Positions 45,618 through 46,135 of a stretch of 46,135 nucleotides of DNA are shown here, piece by piece (within the stretch, counting starts at the first letter, position 1; each line of letters opens with the position of its first letter). The stretch comes from an uncultured Myxococcales bacterium (GTDB lineage: Bacteria; Myxococcota_A; Polyangia; Fen-1088), in contig CAZPUH010000758.1 of assembly GCA_964589215.1 (NCBI GenBank), positions 1 through 46,135 on the forward strand, written 5' to 3'. A model generated the notes under the pieces. That model was not told where the DNA came from and did no database searches. It saw only the letters and a program-made list of their open reading frames with translations. The position numbers were made by a program, and so were the translations under genes.

Positions 45618-45887
45618 ATGGACGTCAAGGCACTGAGCGTGATTTGTTCGACCGCCGCCGTCTCGGTGGGCGCCGTCGCCCCGGCGCTGGCAGAGGGAAA
45701 GGCCATCGTGGCAGCGCTGGAGGCGATCGCCCGCCAGCCCGAGTCGCAAGGGCCGCTCTCCCGAACGCTGTTCGTCGGCCTGGCCATGATCGAGTCGATG
45801 GCCATTTACAGCTTCGTGGTATCGATGATCCTGCTGTTCGCCAACCCCTTCTGGAACCACGTCATCGCACCGCTCGCCGGGAAGTAA
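45618..45887 (+). CDS. atpE: ATPase c subunit
   Basis: 89 aa hairpin with loop ARQPE and helix-2 carboxylate motif LAMIESMAIYSFV. Confidence 0.88.
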   Translation: MDVKALSVICSTAAVSVGAVAPALAEGKAIVAALEAIARQPESQGPLSRTLFVGLAMIESMAIYSFVVSMILLFANPFWNHVIAPLAGK

Positions 45888-45890
45888 GCC

Positions 45891-46135
45891 GTGCTCATCG
45901 ACTGGTTCACCGTCGCCGCCCAGATCGTCAATTTCCTGCTCCTGGTGTGGTTGTTGCAACGCTTCCTCTACAAGCCGGTACTGGCGGCCATCGATGCCCG
46001 CGAGAAGCGGATCGCCGAGCAGCTGACGCGCGCGACCGAGCGTGAAACACAGGCGCAACAGGAGCGCGACCGCTATCACGGCCGCAACGAAGAAATCGAG
46101 TCACAAAAAGAAGGCCTTCTGCGAGCGGCGGCCGA
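45891..46135 (+). CDS. atpF: ATPase b subunit (5' partial, runs off the window)
   Basis: GTG start 3 nt after the atpE stop. N-terminal TM segment WFTVAAQIVNFLLLVWLLQRFLYKPV, then a charged helix AIDAREKRIAEQL. Confidence 0.75.
   Translation, partial: MLIDWFTVAAQIVNFLLLVWLLQRFLYKPVLAAIDAREKRIAEQLTRATERETQAQQERDRYHGRNEEIESQKEGLLRAAA

Overview
This is a GC-rich bacterial window with strong GC3 bias in every ORF I hand-translated. It opens with tRNA-Asp (65-139), followed by a tyrosine integrase and an excisionase-like HTH gene, so it looks like the left junction of an integrated island. About 40 kb of heavy-metal homeostasis genes follow.

Metal-resistance content:
- A czcCBA-type divalent-cation RND system (3709-9384) with a translationally coupled CxC-rich protein, plus a CzcD-type CDF (9934-10866).
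- Two Met-rich multicopper oxidases (10935-12491 and 24497-25849).
- A thiol/redox module (12585-14920): OsmC, an ECF sigma factor fused to an RsrA-like ZAS domain, thioredoxin, a Cys-rich miniprotein and DUF302.
- A gene chain of about 13 kb on the minus strand (28466 down to 15763). In order it encodes a Cys-containing membrane protein, a CXXCH protein, a CPMHP-motif lipoprotein, a TolC-like OMF, a multicopper oxidase, a lipoprotein, a Cu(I) P1B-ATPase, DUF2933, an ICMT/CzcN-like protein and a MacAB/DevCBA-like ABC exporter.
- A CorE-like Cys-rich ECF sigma factor (28527-29063) sits directly upstream of that chain.
- A DUF2892 + MFP + AcrB-like RND triplet (29146-33746).
- Two tandem paralogous secreted His/Met-rich helical proteins (34541-35421), divergent from a cysteine-less CsoR/RcnR-family regulator (35758-36033).
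- A cusCBA-type Cu/Ag system (36197-42052).

The window ends in the first seven genes of an N-type ATPase operon (atpD-C-Q-R-B-E-F, 42506-46135, truncated).

No CRISPR arrays, rRNA genes or transposases were seen. The many long antisense ORFs in the track are GC-driven shadow ORFs.

The most novel-looking items are:
- the translationally coupled block of CXXCH protein, CPMHP lipoprotein, OMF and multicopper oxidase;
- the tandem uncharacterised periplasmic paralogs next to a Cys-free CsoR-like regulator;
- the single-polypeptide sigma/ZAS fusion beside thioredoxin;
- the CxC-rich protein coupled to czcA.

All family assignments rest on motifs read by eye. No database search was run.
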